DNA of 58,665 nucleotides, filler included, from Dugesia japonica (lineage: Eukaryota), in assembly GCA_001938525.1 (NCBI GenBank). It is 5 parts of 5 records of this genome, joined end to end, with 100 filler letters (N's around TTAATTAATTAA, not from the genome) between each part and the next. Parts side by side here need not be neighbours in the genome. Positions count along the whole stretch, not along the records: positions 9,481 to 22,631 come from MQRL01521766.1; positions 22,732 to 36,523 come from MQRL01579556.1; 3 more parts are not named here. One strand, 5' to 3'. Under the pieces are notes generated by a model. The model searched no databases, was not told the DNA's origin, and worked only from the letters and a program-made list of their open reading frames with translations. Positions 13,330 to 26,137 of this stretch are shown here, in pieces. Position 1 is the stretch's first letter. Each line of letters starts with the position of its first letter. The position numbers were made by a program, and so were the translations under genes.

Positions 13330-15350
13330 AAAATTTCTTAAATCCTTCTATGTTCAAATTTTTAAGTACTCACATTTCTTTCGATTTCTTTCCCATGCTT
13401 TTATTTTTAAATAATTGTGTGTCATAAATTTGCTTGAAGACTCTGTATAGTCCTTCAAGTCTTTCTTGACTTTTTTTGCGTTTCTCCTTTATTGACGCAT
13501 CTTCTTCCACATAAATTTTTCAGTGTTTGTTCTTCTAGTTTTTATCTGTATTTCTTTGGACCGATACTGTCTTTCTCTGTAGAANNNNNNNNNNNNNNNN
13601 NNNNNNNNNNNNNNNNNNNNNNNNNNNNNNNNNNNNNNNNNNNNNNNNNNNNNNNNNNNNNNNNNNNNNNNNNNNNNNNNNNNNNNNNNNNNNNNNNNNN
13701 NNNNNNNNNNNNNNNNNNNNNNNNNNNNNNNNNNNNNNNNNNNNNNNNNNNNNNNNNNNNNNNCTAACTTCTTTGGGAATTCTTTGATTATCCCTGATTC
13801 CAATGCCTTCCAACAATTTGCTTTCTATTCTTTTGTGCAGTCATATCTCAAAATTCATTTTTCGAAAATCGTTTTTTATTGTTTTCGAATTTTGTTTTTC
13901 TATGGCTATTAATATTTGATACCTACTAAACTGGTCTATTATGCCTTGTAGGTACTTTTTCGTTCTTTTGTTTCTTGCATAAGTTCACATACGTCCATAA
14001 TTTCAAACATTTTAGTCGATTGGAGTTATTTTTACAAGTTTTTTTGTCGTTGCTGTTGCAACCTTGTTTTATTGACATATCTTACATTTTCTAACAATTT
14101 CCTTAATTTGACTTCAAAGATTTGTTCCCATAGACATGTATTTTATATAATTAACAATTTTCTTTATTATTCCTTTCTAAACTTAGGAAAACATAGAATA
14201 AGTNTCATTGTGAGTGCTATCCTCAATCCCTCGAACACATTATTTGTTTCTTTAATTCAAATCTTTTGTTACCAGGACATCTACACAAATGTTCTAACAC
14301 TCAGAATTTCTTTTTATAATTCCTAATGAATTTTTTGAAGTAATTTAAATCCCTAAATGCTTTGAAGAATACTTTCAAANNNNNNNNNNNNNNNNNNNNN
14401 NNNNNNNNNNNNNNNNNNNNNNNNNNNNNNNNNNNNNNNNNNNNNNNNNNNNNNNNNNNNNNNNNNNNNNNNNNNNNNNNNNNNNNNNNNNNNNNNNNNN
14501 NNNNNNNNNNNNNNNNNNNNNNNNNNNNNNNNNNNNNNNNNNNNNNNNNNNNNNNNNNNNNNNNNNNNNNNNNNNNNNNNNNNNNNNNNNNNNNNNNNNN
14601 NNNNNNNNNNNNNNNNNNNNNNNNNNNNNNNNNNNNNNNNNNNNNNNNNNNCTAGTGCTGCGGAAACTTCCAAACTGCATTTTAGTTGAACAAAATTGTC
14701 TGTTCTTATTTGAGAAAGCTGTTTTCTTCTGTGATTCTTCATTGAGTTTTAACTGATAATACGCATTGAGCTCTTTTCTACATAATTGTTTTGAAAGGAA
14801 TGCAGAATTTGTCTCATAATATAGGAAATAGTTTTCTATTAGTTGTGCTTTTCATTGTTTTAATTTATTTGCTGTTATAAATTTGTACAAATTATTTATT
14901 TTTTTCATTACAACTGTCACATTATACTGTCTCTTTTATAATAGTGATGATATTTTTTCTCTGACATAATTTTCAAGAACGGAAGCATTTCATAGTTTGA
15001 TGATTTTTAAAGCTTTTGATAAATATTTGAATAGATTATTCTTGTTAATCAGCCTAGATCAGGTTTAAAATAGCAATATGTTGGAATTATTGTATCAAGA
15101 ATGTATGTTTCTGGACATATTAATTTGTTCGTTGGTTTCTAACATAGATGTTCTAAAATTATTGGTTGTTTCATTCTGTACATTACTTGTGAAATACATT
15201 TACAATTTTTATTTGTTTTTATTTTTTCGAGATTTTGTGGAGTTAAAGATAATTCTATGGTACTATCAGTCATTTTTCTTTTACTAAAAACTCTTCTTCT
15301 TTGAGATTGGTTTTGGTGAATTTAGTGCTGACCAAAAACGCTTTTTTCAT
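13330..15350 (-). mobile_element. Second decayed Ty3/Gypsy pol, opposite strand
   Basis: Minus-strand fragments in RT-RH-IN order: NEESQKKTAFS (about 14740-14712), KMQFG, ILCFPKF (about 14200-14178), KKYLQGIIDQFSR (about 13960-13922), IPKEV and ERQYRS. Interrupted by N gaps. Confidence 0.7.
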
Positions 15351-15872
15351 TATCGTTGTTAAAGTTTATTATGATGGGTGACTTAAAAGGGTATTTCAAT
15401 ACACGATCTACCCATCAGTATGGATAGTGTTATCTTATTTACAATTTCTAAGATAATTTCGATTTTTGCACTTATATTTCAGGTATGTTATTAGTTAGTT
15501 AAGTGTGTATATTTGTATAGTGTGCGTATTTTTAGTTTATATTTGTTTAGTGTGTGTGTTTACTCTCCATTAATTATTAATTTTCAAAAATCTTTTCATA
15601 TTTATTGAATATTTTATTAAATACTGAAAATCGATTATAATTAAAATGTACAAATTACTTAGATAAAAGTTGATAAGCTTGTTAAATCGATAAATAAAAA
15701 TAAAATCAAAATAAACATTGTTAAAGTAAATAAAAATTGTTGTGCTCAATTTAAATAAGAAAAACTAATATTAAAATATGTCCACTGTAATACAAATACC
15801 AAGTAAAATTCTAATATATAAACGTGGTCAATTTAATGAAAGAATGAAACATGAAACATGAGAAAATCTGTA

Positions 15873-16615
15873 TCAAGCTGGGCTTGGTGATTTTACTAAA
15901 CCAATATGTTTTCCTAATTTTAATGCTCGCTGTCGTAACATATCTTGAATCAATTGAAAACACATAGACAAAAGCACTAGTCCAAAGAACAAATATATTG
16001 CACAAATAATCGGCTTGCTCTCATTTTTCCATTGGGAATTCAATAAACCCGGGACTAAATCACCGAAACCAATTGTAGAGAATGTTATAAACACAAAATA
16101 ACAACTATTTAAGTACACCCAATTTTCCCAAAAACTGATTAACAAAGCGCCAACTAAAATATAAACAATAAATACACTCAATGGTAAAATTAATGGCAAT
16201 TCGCATTCGTCTTTACGATGAAGATTGTTCATAAAATCTCCAGTATCAATCGAAATAGTAAAATGAAGTTTTTTCTGCTTTTCTTCACTAGATTCCGTGA
16301 TTCGAGAGAGATTTGTTGAACCACTTGAAAGTAATAATAGATTTTTACCGATTAATTTATTATTCGGTACTGTAAATGATTTACTATCGTACTGGGATTG
16401 AGTTTCAGTTAATGATATTACCGATGCAGTTTTTGTCATCTGTCGTCTTCGACATTTCATCCGATTTCTTAAGCATTTATAAAATATTTTAAAGCCTTTT
16501 CCAAATAAAGAACCAAGATTAGTAAGACATAAAACCATCAGTGGTATTCCAAACATCGCATAAATAATTGTAGCTATTTTACCGTTATTAGTTTGCGGAA
16601 CAATATTCCCATATC
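15873..16615 (-). CDS. Terminal exon of a two-pore-domain (K2P/TWK-type) potassium channel
   Basis: Acceptor TTTCAG|GA splits the Gly codon that begins G-Y-G-N-I-V-P. M2 is IIYAMFGIPLMVL, the second pore is YFVFITFSTIGFGDLVPG, and M4 is IYLFFGLVLLSMCFQLIQ. Upstream exons were not found. Confidence 0.95.
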
Positions 16616-17444
16616 CTGAAATAAAAAGATCATGTAATTTACTTGTCGTTTTAAGCATGTTTCAATGATGACAACTAACAAAAAAATAATTAAAATTCGA
16701 TTATCTATTATCTATTATACAGAGTCTGTACGCTAATAATAACCTCACTTAATGAACCAAAATTTTTACTGGTTAGTCCAAATTGCCAAAAACATTGACT
16801 TAGCATTCATTCTCAATATAACAATAGAAATACTTCAACCATCCAGACACTGTTCATAAACTCAACTCTCTAGCTTATTTGCGAGATCTCCACACCTTCT
16901 TATCTATCCTCGAAATAAATTTTTGTTTCGTTTTATTAGCAATAAGAAATTTTTCTATTTCTTTCAAGTCTTCACAAAGGATTCACTTATTTTCTATTAA
17001 TCTATTTCCTTCTTTTTTTGCATAGCTTATAATTTAAATGCAGTGCTAAAGAATTTTATAGTATATTTGATTCAGAGGAAAAAGTATTAATGGTATAGTT
17101 AACTATTCTAAAATTCTTGAAATTATTAANGATTTATCATTGAAATTTCAATTTATTATAGTAAATATTTAAATTTATTTAAATATTATTAATATAATAA
17201 AATAATTACTACTTCCATTTCAAAATTTTAGTAGATATAATTAAGAAAACTAATATATTATTAATGAATATGATTCGCATAAATATTATTTTTGTAATTA
17301 TAAAATGAACAAGAGCCGCGGTTAATAGTCCAGAGAATACGGTAATTGAAGATTAATCAGAAACATTGAATTAAAACGTGTTTAAAACNNNNNNNNNNNN
17401 NNNNNNNNNNNNNNNNNNNNNNNNNNTTGTTAGTTAATTTTACA

Positions 17445-17665
17445 ATAACAATTATTACGAGAATAATTGTTGGACATAACCACTGATCGTTTTTCAGAAT
17501 TCATTTAAAATAAAAGCTTCGATTAAAATTTATTTTTGATAATAATTCTAAATCTCAATTTGGTCTACGTCAGGAATTGACAGGAAAAAAGTCAATTCCT
17601 GAGGAAGACAAAGTCGAAAATTAGAATTATTATCAAAAACAAAAAAAATCGAAGCTTTTATTTAC
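17445..17665. repeat. Inverted-repeat (hairpin) element carrying hammerhead motifs, Penelope-like terminus; same family as 42300-42655
   Basis: Arms AAATAAAAGCTTCGATT...TTTTTGATAATAATTCTA and TAGAATTATTATCAAAAA...ATCGAAGCTTTTATTT. The leader GAGAATAATTGTT.GACATAACCA.TGATCGTTTT is shared with the copy near 42317. Confidence 0.75.
17594..17628 (+). ncRNA. Minimal type I hammerhead ribozyme
   Basis: AATTC-CUGAGGA-A-GAC(AAA)GUC-GAAA-AU-UA-GAATT: stem I AATTC/GAATT, intact core, 3-bp stem II, palindromic AAUU in place of stem III, UUA cleavage triplet. Confidence 0.75.
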
Positions 17666-18284
17666 AGTTAACTCCGAATATTTTGCATAAAATCCTAAAA
17701 TATTATTTTTTTATATAAATTTCAATTTAATTAGAAAAATAGAAGTACTAAACAACTTATTTAAAATAAGTACTTGGATGGCCTACTTTTACTTTTTTTT
17801 AAATACCTCATTATTGGTTAATTTAATATTTTCAACAAATATTTCCAGAACAATATATTTCTTACAATACTCGATGCTTGACAACCACTTATTGCTCATA
17901 AATTACTTCAAGAAATTATCACTGATTGCTTAATGATTGTCTAAGCAAGTATTTTCACAACTTTTAAAAATTAAATTAATTTTAATACATTTATTTAATT
18001 TTAAAAAATTTTAAAGTTTCCAAAAAATACTTTCTTATCAATTTAAAAAATATTTACGAACTTAATAAAATCTAGAATCAAATCTTTTTTAATTACTAAA
18101 ATTTTTTTAATGAATAATTTTAGAATTTACATGACAATTTTATAAACAATATTTATATATTTAGAGCCATAATTTTTTAAATTTATATTTCAATAAATAA
18201 CGTTTATCTCGTCAAAACTAAATTAGATTTAAAACTAAATAGTAATAAATTAAAATAATTTTGAACTAAATTAGAGAAAAGTGC

Positions 18285-18795
18285 CATTTAATTAACATTT
18301 TATAGTTCAACATCCTAGCAACAAAAATAGTGGTGCATATAGTAACTATAGCACAGGTTTCAGAAATTATTTGGGTGTACAGATTTATGGTCAAAGGACA
18401 ATTGATCATGAAAATATGGTCATATGGACAGTTGGTCATAAAGCCAAACGGTCATAGGTTGTTTGGTCCCTGTAAACTGTAAATAAAAGTACTTGTAATG
18501 GTACTATTAATTTAAAAAGATTAATTTTCTAATTATTTTTTTATTATTTTTAAATTAAATTAATTAAATTACTTTCTATTATTTTTCATATCGTAATAAC
18601 AGTATAGTAACCAAACATCCTACAGCCTTTTGTTTTTATGACCAACAGTCCGTATGACCATATGGTGATGACCAAACGACCTAAGACTATAAGTCCTATA
18701 ACCATTTAATTAATATTTTATAGTTCAACATCCTAACAACAAAACTAGTTGTGCATATAGTAATTATAGCACAGATGTCTCAAATTATTTGGTGG
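18285..18795. mobile_element. MITE-like element (about 18385-18703) flanked by direct repeats of about 90 bp
   Basis: GGTCAT arrays on the left mirror ATGACC arrays on the right. CATTTAATTAA.ATTTTATAGTTCAACATCCTA...TATAGCACAG is present at about 18285 and about 18703. Confidence 0.65.
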
Positions 18796-20306
18796 GTTAC
18801 TTTAGATAAAATACGTTAGTTAGCGGGCAGCACTAATACTGTATCTGGTTGTAACACTTTGTACTACCGCATACAACACTATTAGTAATAGTATTACTAA
18901 TTAAACGTATCATACTACATTGTATTTGTTAGGTAAATCTTACAAAGATAATTTATTTTCTAATAAATTAANNNNNNNNNNNNNNNNNNNNNNNNNNNNN
19001 NNNNNNNNNNNNNNNNNNNNNNNNNNNNNNNNNNNNNNNNNNNNNNNNNNNNNNNNNNNNNNNNNNNNNNNNNNNNNNNNNNNNNNNNNNNNNNNNNNNN
19101 NNNNNNNNNNNNNNNNNNNNNNNNNNNNNNNNNNNNNNNNNNNNNNNNNNNNNNNGTTAATAATGTGAATTTGATTTGTAAATAAATAGTTTAAGAATTA
19201 ATTACAGATCTTCAAATGCAATTAATGAGTAAGATAAAAGTTCATTTTAAATGTTTAAAGTTTGGTTTGGATATTTTAAATCAATTTAAATTTTAATTTG
19301 GAAATTAAATTAAATTAATTAAAGTAGTTAATCAATAAATTTTGATTAAAATAATTTTAATTGGAAAAATTATTCATTTTTAGTTTTTCTTTTGCTAAAG
19401 TTATTTCATAATTTTATTGTATAAATAATATGCAAGTTTAATAGTGTTCTTATAGAAAATAAATTGTCTTCGGATGATTTTCCTAACAAAATTTATAAAA
19501 AGTAGATTAACTGAGTTATTTTGTAAAGAAAAATTTAAAAAAAAATCTCAAATATGTTATCGAATAAATCTATTGTAACCACACAATATATTTACGTTTT
19601 TCAAAATCTAATTTAGAGACGACATTATTCAATCTGAATTATTCTCGCTTAATCCTCTATTATTGTCTAATAATCCTCTGATGTTAATTTCATTGAAATA
19701 ATTATCTAAATATTTCACAAATGGAATACCAAATTAATTTCACAAAATATATTCTCAATAATCTAAATAAAATTTTCAAGGAAAATATAAATTGATAAAT
19801 GAAAAATTAAAAAATTATTTTATGGTTAAAGTAAAAAAGTGCTCTTTATTAATATGAACATTGTAAAGATTGCCATCAGATGTGAAAAGCTGAAAATCAA
19901 TAAATTACAAAATATAACAACTAAAAACAATAGGATATTATNCTGATCCATAGTTTCCCAAAACTAGGGTCTGCGGTTTCATGGGAACCGGGAGATAATT
20001 TTACGGAGATATTTACCAACAACTTTGTAGTCTATTCGTAAATTAGCTACCCTGAGATATCTCGCTAAGCTAGACAGAAAGGTTCGGCATTCATTCATTC
20101 ATCAAATGGAGCTTACATACAGCTCATGAATTCCATCTCAAAAGATTTGGCTGTTCGAACGCNATAAAGTCTTTCACGCAATATGTGGTNTAACATTTTC
20201 ATGCAACAATTTCACTGGAAGTTTTCTTTCCCACTTAACGGGCGTTTTAGTTTCAAATGTTGGTAGCGATTGGGAGTAACTGTTTCACCGGGTTCCAATA
20301 GCTCAA

Positions 20307-22512
20307 AATATTAAAATATTTTATTAAAGACAAATTAAATCAATTAATTGAATTAATTAAAAATAATTGATTTTATAGTGAATTAAAAATATTTTTAAGA
20401 ATTTTTAAAAATTTGTATTAAGTATTATATTTCACAATAATATTTATAAATTCATTCCCTTGACGACTTCCGACTTTTTCAATAATTATACTTACGATTA
20501 AACATTTTAAAATATCCGATAACATAAATATTCCTTTTAAACACGAAACAAAAAATGGTTTTATAAACGAAAAATCATTCAATTTAAATATATTATTATT
20601 TAATTTTTAAAATGATTTTCTTAATACATTATTCCAGAAATTTTGTCTAAATAAATCCGTGAACAAAAATTCAATAAAATTTAAAATATGAATTAAAAGG
20701 GTGTTTGATAAGTCTCTCCGTAATTTATTTTTCTTTAATACTCCCAAAATAATAAAATTTTTATTATAAAATTCAAATATATTAGTAATATTGACATTGA
20801 AGTTTTTTATTTAGTTTAATTATGTCAAATTGCGATTTGTTTAAATATTCGAAAAACCAAAATTTCAAAATTTTGACGATTAAAGAAAAGATGAAAATCA
20901 TCAATCATATATTCAAGTTCCTCGGGAATTAATCAAGAAAAAAAATGGAAAATATTTCAAGCAACAAAACTATNNNNNNNNNNNNNNNNNNNNNNNNNNN
21001 NNNNNNNNNNNNNNNNNNNNNNNNNNNATCAGATTGACCTGTGATTACTGTTACTACAGAGAATACAGAAAATGTGCAGATGCTTTTTAAAGAACAAAAC
21101 CAATTCTTATAAATAACTGACATTGGTGCCATTCTTGGTATCTCTAGATATTCGATATATACCATTTTAGAAAAAGAGTTGTATTGATTATCTTACAAGA
21201 TTCAGTGGTATCAGAAAATCTTTAAAGAAGACTTTCAAAATCAGCAGCTAGCAAACAAACCAATTTTAGAAGATTCAGCTTGATCAGAAGATTTCTTTGA
21301 CAGATCGATAATTTCTGATGAGAGCACATTTTCTCTTAATTTGGTCGAAAAAATGTTACCTGAAAATTGAAGTTTACAAGTGAAAACCTTGCAATAAAGA
21401 GCAACTAATGGAATTCGCCTAAAATTAATGTTCTAAAATAACCCAATAAATGCTAAAGAAATGTTGTGTTGGCCTTTCAACGTCGTTTGCAGCAATGTGT
21501 GAAAACTGGTGGCAAATCCTCTGACCACTAAGAACTTTATTAAATAAATTATGTAAAACATCTCTATTTTTCCTTACCTTTTGTTTTATATGAGTAGTTG
21601 ACAGATTCAATTAAGGAGAGACTTATCAAACCCCTTGTATAATTATATATTATTATAAATATTCTTTAGAAAAATGCAAAAAAGTACTTAGAAAATCAAT
21701 AATGAAACCAGATTGATAATTAAAAATAGCGGTAAAAATTGCCTGTAAGCTATAAAACTGGCAGACAAATTTAAATATTACATATCAAATATTTACATTG
21801 AAGGAAAATCACAAGTCCTATTTAAATTCAGTGTATTTATTCCAGAAAGTATGTTTTGGTAAATCTAGTGTAGAACGATAATATTAAATTTAGAGATAAA
21901 ATTTAATTTAAATTTTAAAGTTTTCCAATTAAAAGTTTTTATGAGAAAAACTGAAAAATTTTTTTGTAATTAAAAATTTTATTTAAATCAAAACCCAAAA
22001 TTATAAATTTTAGAATTTTCAAATAATTATTTTTTTGCAAAAAATTATTTTAAATAAAATATTAAAAATATTTTTGATAATTAAAAAGTTTTTTATTTGT
22101 GTAAAAGTTAGAGTTTTATTAGTTTTTTAAAAAAATAAAATATATATAATTAAATGTAAAGTTTTATATACGAGTTTTGTTCAGACGAAATTTCTGAAAA
22201 AATATATTAAAAAAAATTTTAATAATTAAATAATAATGTATTAAAATTGAATGATTTTTCTTTTGTAAAAGTATTTTTGTTTTATGTTTACAAGAAATAC
22301 TTAATCTTAAGAAATGTTTAATCGTAAGTATAATTATTGAAAAAGTCGGAAGTCGTCAAGGGAAATGAATTTATAAATGTTATCGTGAAAAATAATATTT
22401 AATAAAGATTTTTAAAAATTCTTAAAACTATTATTAATACACTAAAAAAACAAATTTATTTTAATTAATTTAAATAATTTACTTAATTTGTCTCAAATAA
22501 AATATTTTAATA
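20307..22512. mobile_element. Foldback element with inverted arms of about 200 bp
   Basis: CCCTTGACGACTTCCGACTTTTTCAATAATTATACTTACGATTAAACATTT (about 20457-20507) is the reverse complement of about 22312-22362. Similarity continues outward for about 150 bp. Confidence 0.8.
20696..21637 (+). mobile_element. Deleted Tc1/mariner element
   Basis: TA-flanked TIRs AAGGGTGTTTGATAAGTCTCTCC / GGAGAGACTTATCAAACCCCTTG. Relic peptides ILGISRYSIYTILEKEL (HTH) and IISDESTF (first catalytic Asp). Confidence 0.85.
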
Positions 22513-22631
22513 TAAACTTTATAATAAATGATTTCTAAATATCTATATCTATCTATCTATCTATATCTTTATATACATAACAAGAATCCATTCTTTTACA
22601 AAGGTATTCTTTGACATTTTGGCACAACTGG

Positions 22632-22731
22632 NNNNNNNNNNNNNNNNNNNNNNNNNNNNNNNNNNNNNNNNNNNNTTAATTAATTAANNNNNNNNNNNNN
22701 NNNNNNNNNNNNNNNNNNNNNNNNNNNNNNN
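22632..22731. other. Artificial scaffold-joining spacer
   Basis: N44 + TTAATTAATTAA + N44. Confidence 0.97.
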
Positions 22732-23225
22732 GGATCAACCACCATCAGACGAAAATGAAAAATATGAGATTATTCAGTCTGTATTATTTAAACAAAGATT
22801 TAAGCAATTATACTGAATATCAGATGGCTATAATCATAATTCTTAATTTGGAATTTTTAAAAAGAATCATTTTCATCTCAATATTATTCATCTCGAATAA
22901 TGTATGTCTTACAATCAGTACCTAATTTTGATATATAGTTTAATTAATATATTAGGTTTAATGATATGTGAACGTGTACCGACCCTCTTTAGGGCTATAA
23001 ATAATGATTGAACGAATGAATATCGTTCCTCTTTAGGACTATTATGAGAACGTGTACTGGCCCTCTTTAGTGCCAAAAATAATGATTGATTGATAAAACA
23101 ACTCAAAGTCATATTTTTAGAAATGTTTTTTATTTAATTATTTTGTTTAAATTAAACAATTAAAATAATAACAACAAAATACTTATATATATACACACAC
23201 CAAAAATTACTCGAAAACCATAATA

Positions 23226-23717
23226 ATGATTTCTAATAGTAATTACAAAGAGAAAGTTTCCAAAGAGATTATAAGTAAAATGAAATTTTCAATTGGAAAA
23301 CCTTCACAATTTGTTGACAAAGGTGGTTAATATACAGTCATATTCTTTAAAACCGGAAATTGTCGAATAATGGGCTTGAAAAAACCTATAGAAATGGAAA
23401 ATTTACAGTATGATATTAAATATATTCAGTTGCAATCGTTAACAATCGTAATCAATTTGGGACTTTCGATTTATTTATATAAATTGGTAAAGATAACAAA
23501 ATGTTGGTTTGAACCAGAATTGTTTCCAGTATTGTGTCTTACAAAATATGATCCTATATGTGTTAATGTATTTTCATCAGGAAAAGGCGTCATACTTGGT
23601 TTCAAGAATTTACATTATCATGGATATGTTGACAACATAAATACATATTTATATAATTTAATAGATAAAATGCAATACGAATGCAATCCTGTTTCAACAA
23701 CCAATTTAAATAGTTGA
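23226..23717 (+). pseudogene. Compact, intronless, divergent TATA-binding-protein-like gene with one in-frame stop
   Basis: ATG 23226 is in frame with ORF 23370, with TAA at 23328. Repeat 1 is TVIFFKTGNCRIMGLK (cf. TBP TALIFSSGKMVCTGAK). Repeat 2 is WFEPELFPVL...CVNVFSSGKGVILG (cf. YEPELFPGL...LLIFVSGKVVLTG). Confidence 0.8.
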
Positions 23718-23783
23718 TTTGTGTAAATATAAACTTTTTAAAATAATTATGTTGTATAAATATATTTTTTATTTGGTTTTTAT

Positions 23784-24229
23784 TTAGATTGGTCCAATAT
23801 TAATGTAAAATTTTTTAAATCCTTGGATTTCAATTTTAATCATCCATTTATACAAATTTTGATAACCAAAATCATATGTATTTTCAGGAACATCCTTTGA
23901 ATTAATTATAAACTCATCTTTTATTACAATTGACTAGTCAAATCTTTGTAAGATTTGATTTAGTATCATAATATCGTTGGAACTTATTTCTGATACAAGC
24001 ATACTGTATGTGCATCTTTTCATCTTACCAGGTTCCTAAAACAAAGTAATTAATAAATAAGAGTAAATAATGGTACTTGAAATGAATATATTAGTGGCTT
24101 CTTGAAAAATTACATCATATTTCCATGAAATATCTTTGGTTTGCAACAGTCAACAGTAACTGTTAAGGCATTATCTTTACATAAATTAATAAGATTTCTT
24201 TGTAATTTAGATAATGAAAAATTTCCCAT
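23784..24229 (-). pseudogene. Two-exon orphan gene convergent with the TBP-like gene, with in-frame stops
   Basis: MGNFSLSKLQRNL...YSFQ|EPGKMKRCTY...WMIKIEIQGFKKFYINIGPI*, joined by a GT-AG intron of 41 nt (24076-24036), the same size as three HERC1 introns. Confidence 0.45.
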
Positions 24230-26137
24230 TTATTTTAACAATAAAACCTTTGTCATTTTTAAAATTAATGAAATTGAATTGTAAATTTTAGTATATATAT
24301 ATACATGTTAGTGTTTAGTGCGCATGATTTTGATTGGTTCATACATGTATGAGTCATAATTTTACAATAAAAATGGTTGATGACTAAGCAAAATTGAGTG
24401 TTGAAATATGATTTGGTTTTGCATAGTGTTAGTTGGATTTGGAACACTCGTCGTATTATCAATATAAAAATCCGAATTCATAAGAAATACTTTATTAAAA
24501 TCAAAACTATAATCAACATTATTCATTAAACAAACAAAATAAAATTCCGTGTTTTTAATTGGTGATCTTTTTTTCTAAAATTAAAAATTGAAAGTTTTAT
24601 TCATTAAGATTAATTTTTAAAAATTTGCGACAACATTTAACTATTAAAATTTTATTTATTAAAATTAATTTGATCCATTTAAAAACATTTTATTTATTTT
24701 CTTAATTGTTCTTTAAAAATTTTAACTACTTTAAAATTTTAATTATTATAAAGATAAACTTATATTCAATAATTTTAATTTATCCTTAAACCAAATATTT
24801 GTTTATTTAAATTTTTCGTAAATTAATTTAGATCTCTCTTTTAAACAAAATATTTTACACACAAAAATTTCAACTTGCTTTTCAACACTGCTCACACATA
24901 GTTTTATATGGGTTATTATTTAGTCTTTATATGGTTATTATAGGGNNNNNNNNNNNNNNNNNNNNNNNNNNNNNNNNNNNNNNNNNNNNNNNNNNNNNNN
25001 NNNNNNNNNNNNNNNNNNNNNNNNNNNNNNNNNNNNNNNNNNNNNNNNNNNNNNNNNAGTTACTAGAAGTCCCTGAAATGTTTCTAAAAAGTTACTATAG
25101 ATCTGGTAATTATTTCTAAATATTTACTATATGTCCATAAACAGTTGCTAGAGTTATGAAAACCAATGCATTCATAAAAATAATGCTATAAACCGAATGC
25201 ACTCAATGAAACAATTAACAGCATACATTCAATAATTACATTATATAAATACAAATATTTCAAAGAAATCTATACATTAAACGTATTCAGTACATTCATT
25301 TACCTATTAATACGCCTAATCTATGTAATCTACATAATATTTTATTAATAAAATAAACAAAGTTCATACAAATTTTCTTAGATTTACATATAAATTTCAT
25401 TAAAAACATTATACAAACTTCATAATGTTTTCTATATAGTTTTATAAGATAATTATTGGGATTTTTAAGGTGATTATATGGTAATTATATGATTTCTTTA
25501 AAAGAATTATATGGTTATTATAGGGTTTTATATGAGCTTATTAATCAAATGTTTTGAAATTGCATAGATGTCTATGTTATATTTTCGAACGTTACATAGA
25601 TGTCAATAGAGTTAACAATAGGGTAACAAAAAACCCAATAGAGCTTCATAAACAATAAACTATTTGANNNNNNNNNNNNNNNNNNNNNNNNNNNNNNNNN
25701 NNNNNNNNNNNNNNNNNAGGGTAACAAAAAACCCAATAGAGCTTCATAAACAATAAACTATTTGAGTCTTATATGCAGTAAACCAATGAATAATTTTACA
25801 CACAATACACTCAATAAAGTCATTAGGTTTATATATTAAACCACATAGAATTATATAATACATATAAGAAATCCATTATAGTTATTTAATAAACAAAATA
25901 CACCCATTAATACATATAATAAACAAAATTAACTAAAAGAGTAATTAAATGCACAAAAATAACCTAATATAGTCTTATAAACAGTAAACCAATTGGTCTT
26001 ATACTCATTAAAAATATTAAGGATACAATAAACCCTATACATACAGTTAAATACATACAATAAACTAAATAAAGTCATATAATACNCATTATACAGCAAA
26101 TATACTCATCTATTTAAAATATTAATAATAAATGTTC

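Noticed and set aside
13489-14742. Several ORFs spanning N runs (also at 18920, 24931 and 38556-39369)
   Set aside because: They are open only because the gaps contain no stop codons.
19949-20282. Possible hAT MITE (CATAGTTTCCCAA...TTGGGAGTAACTG)
   Set aside because: The ends are too degenerate and no TSD was found.
25620-25765. Identical repeat on both sides of an N gap
   Set aside because: Same contig-overlap artefact.
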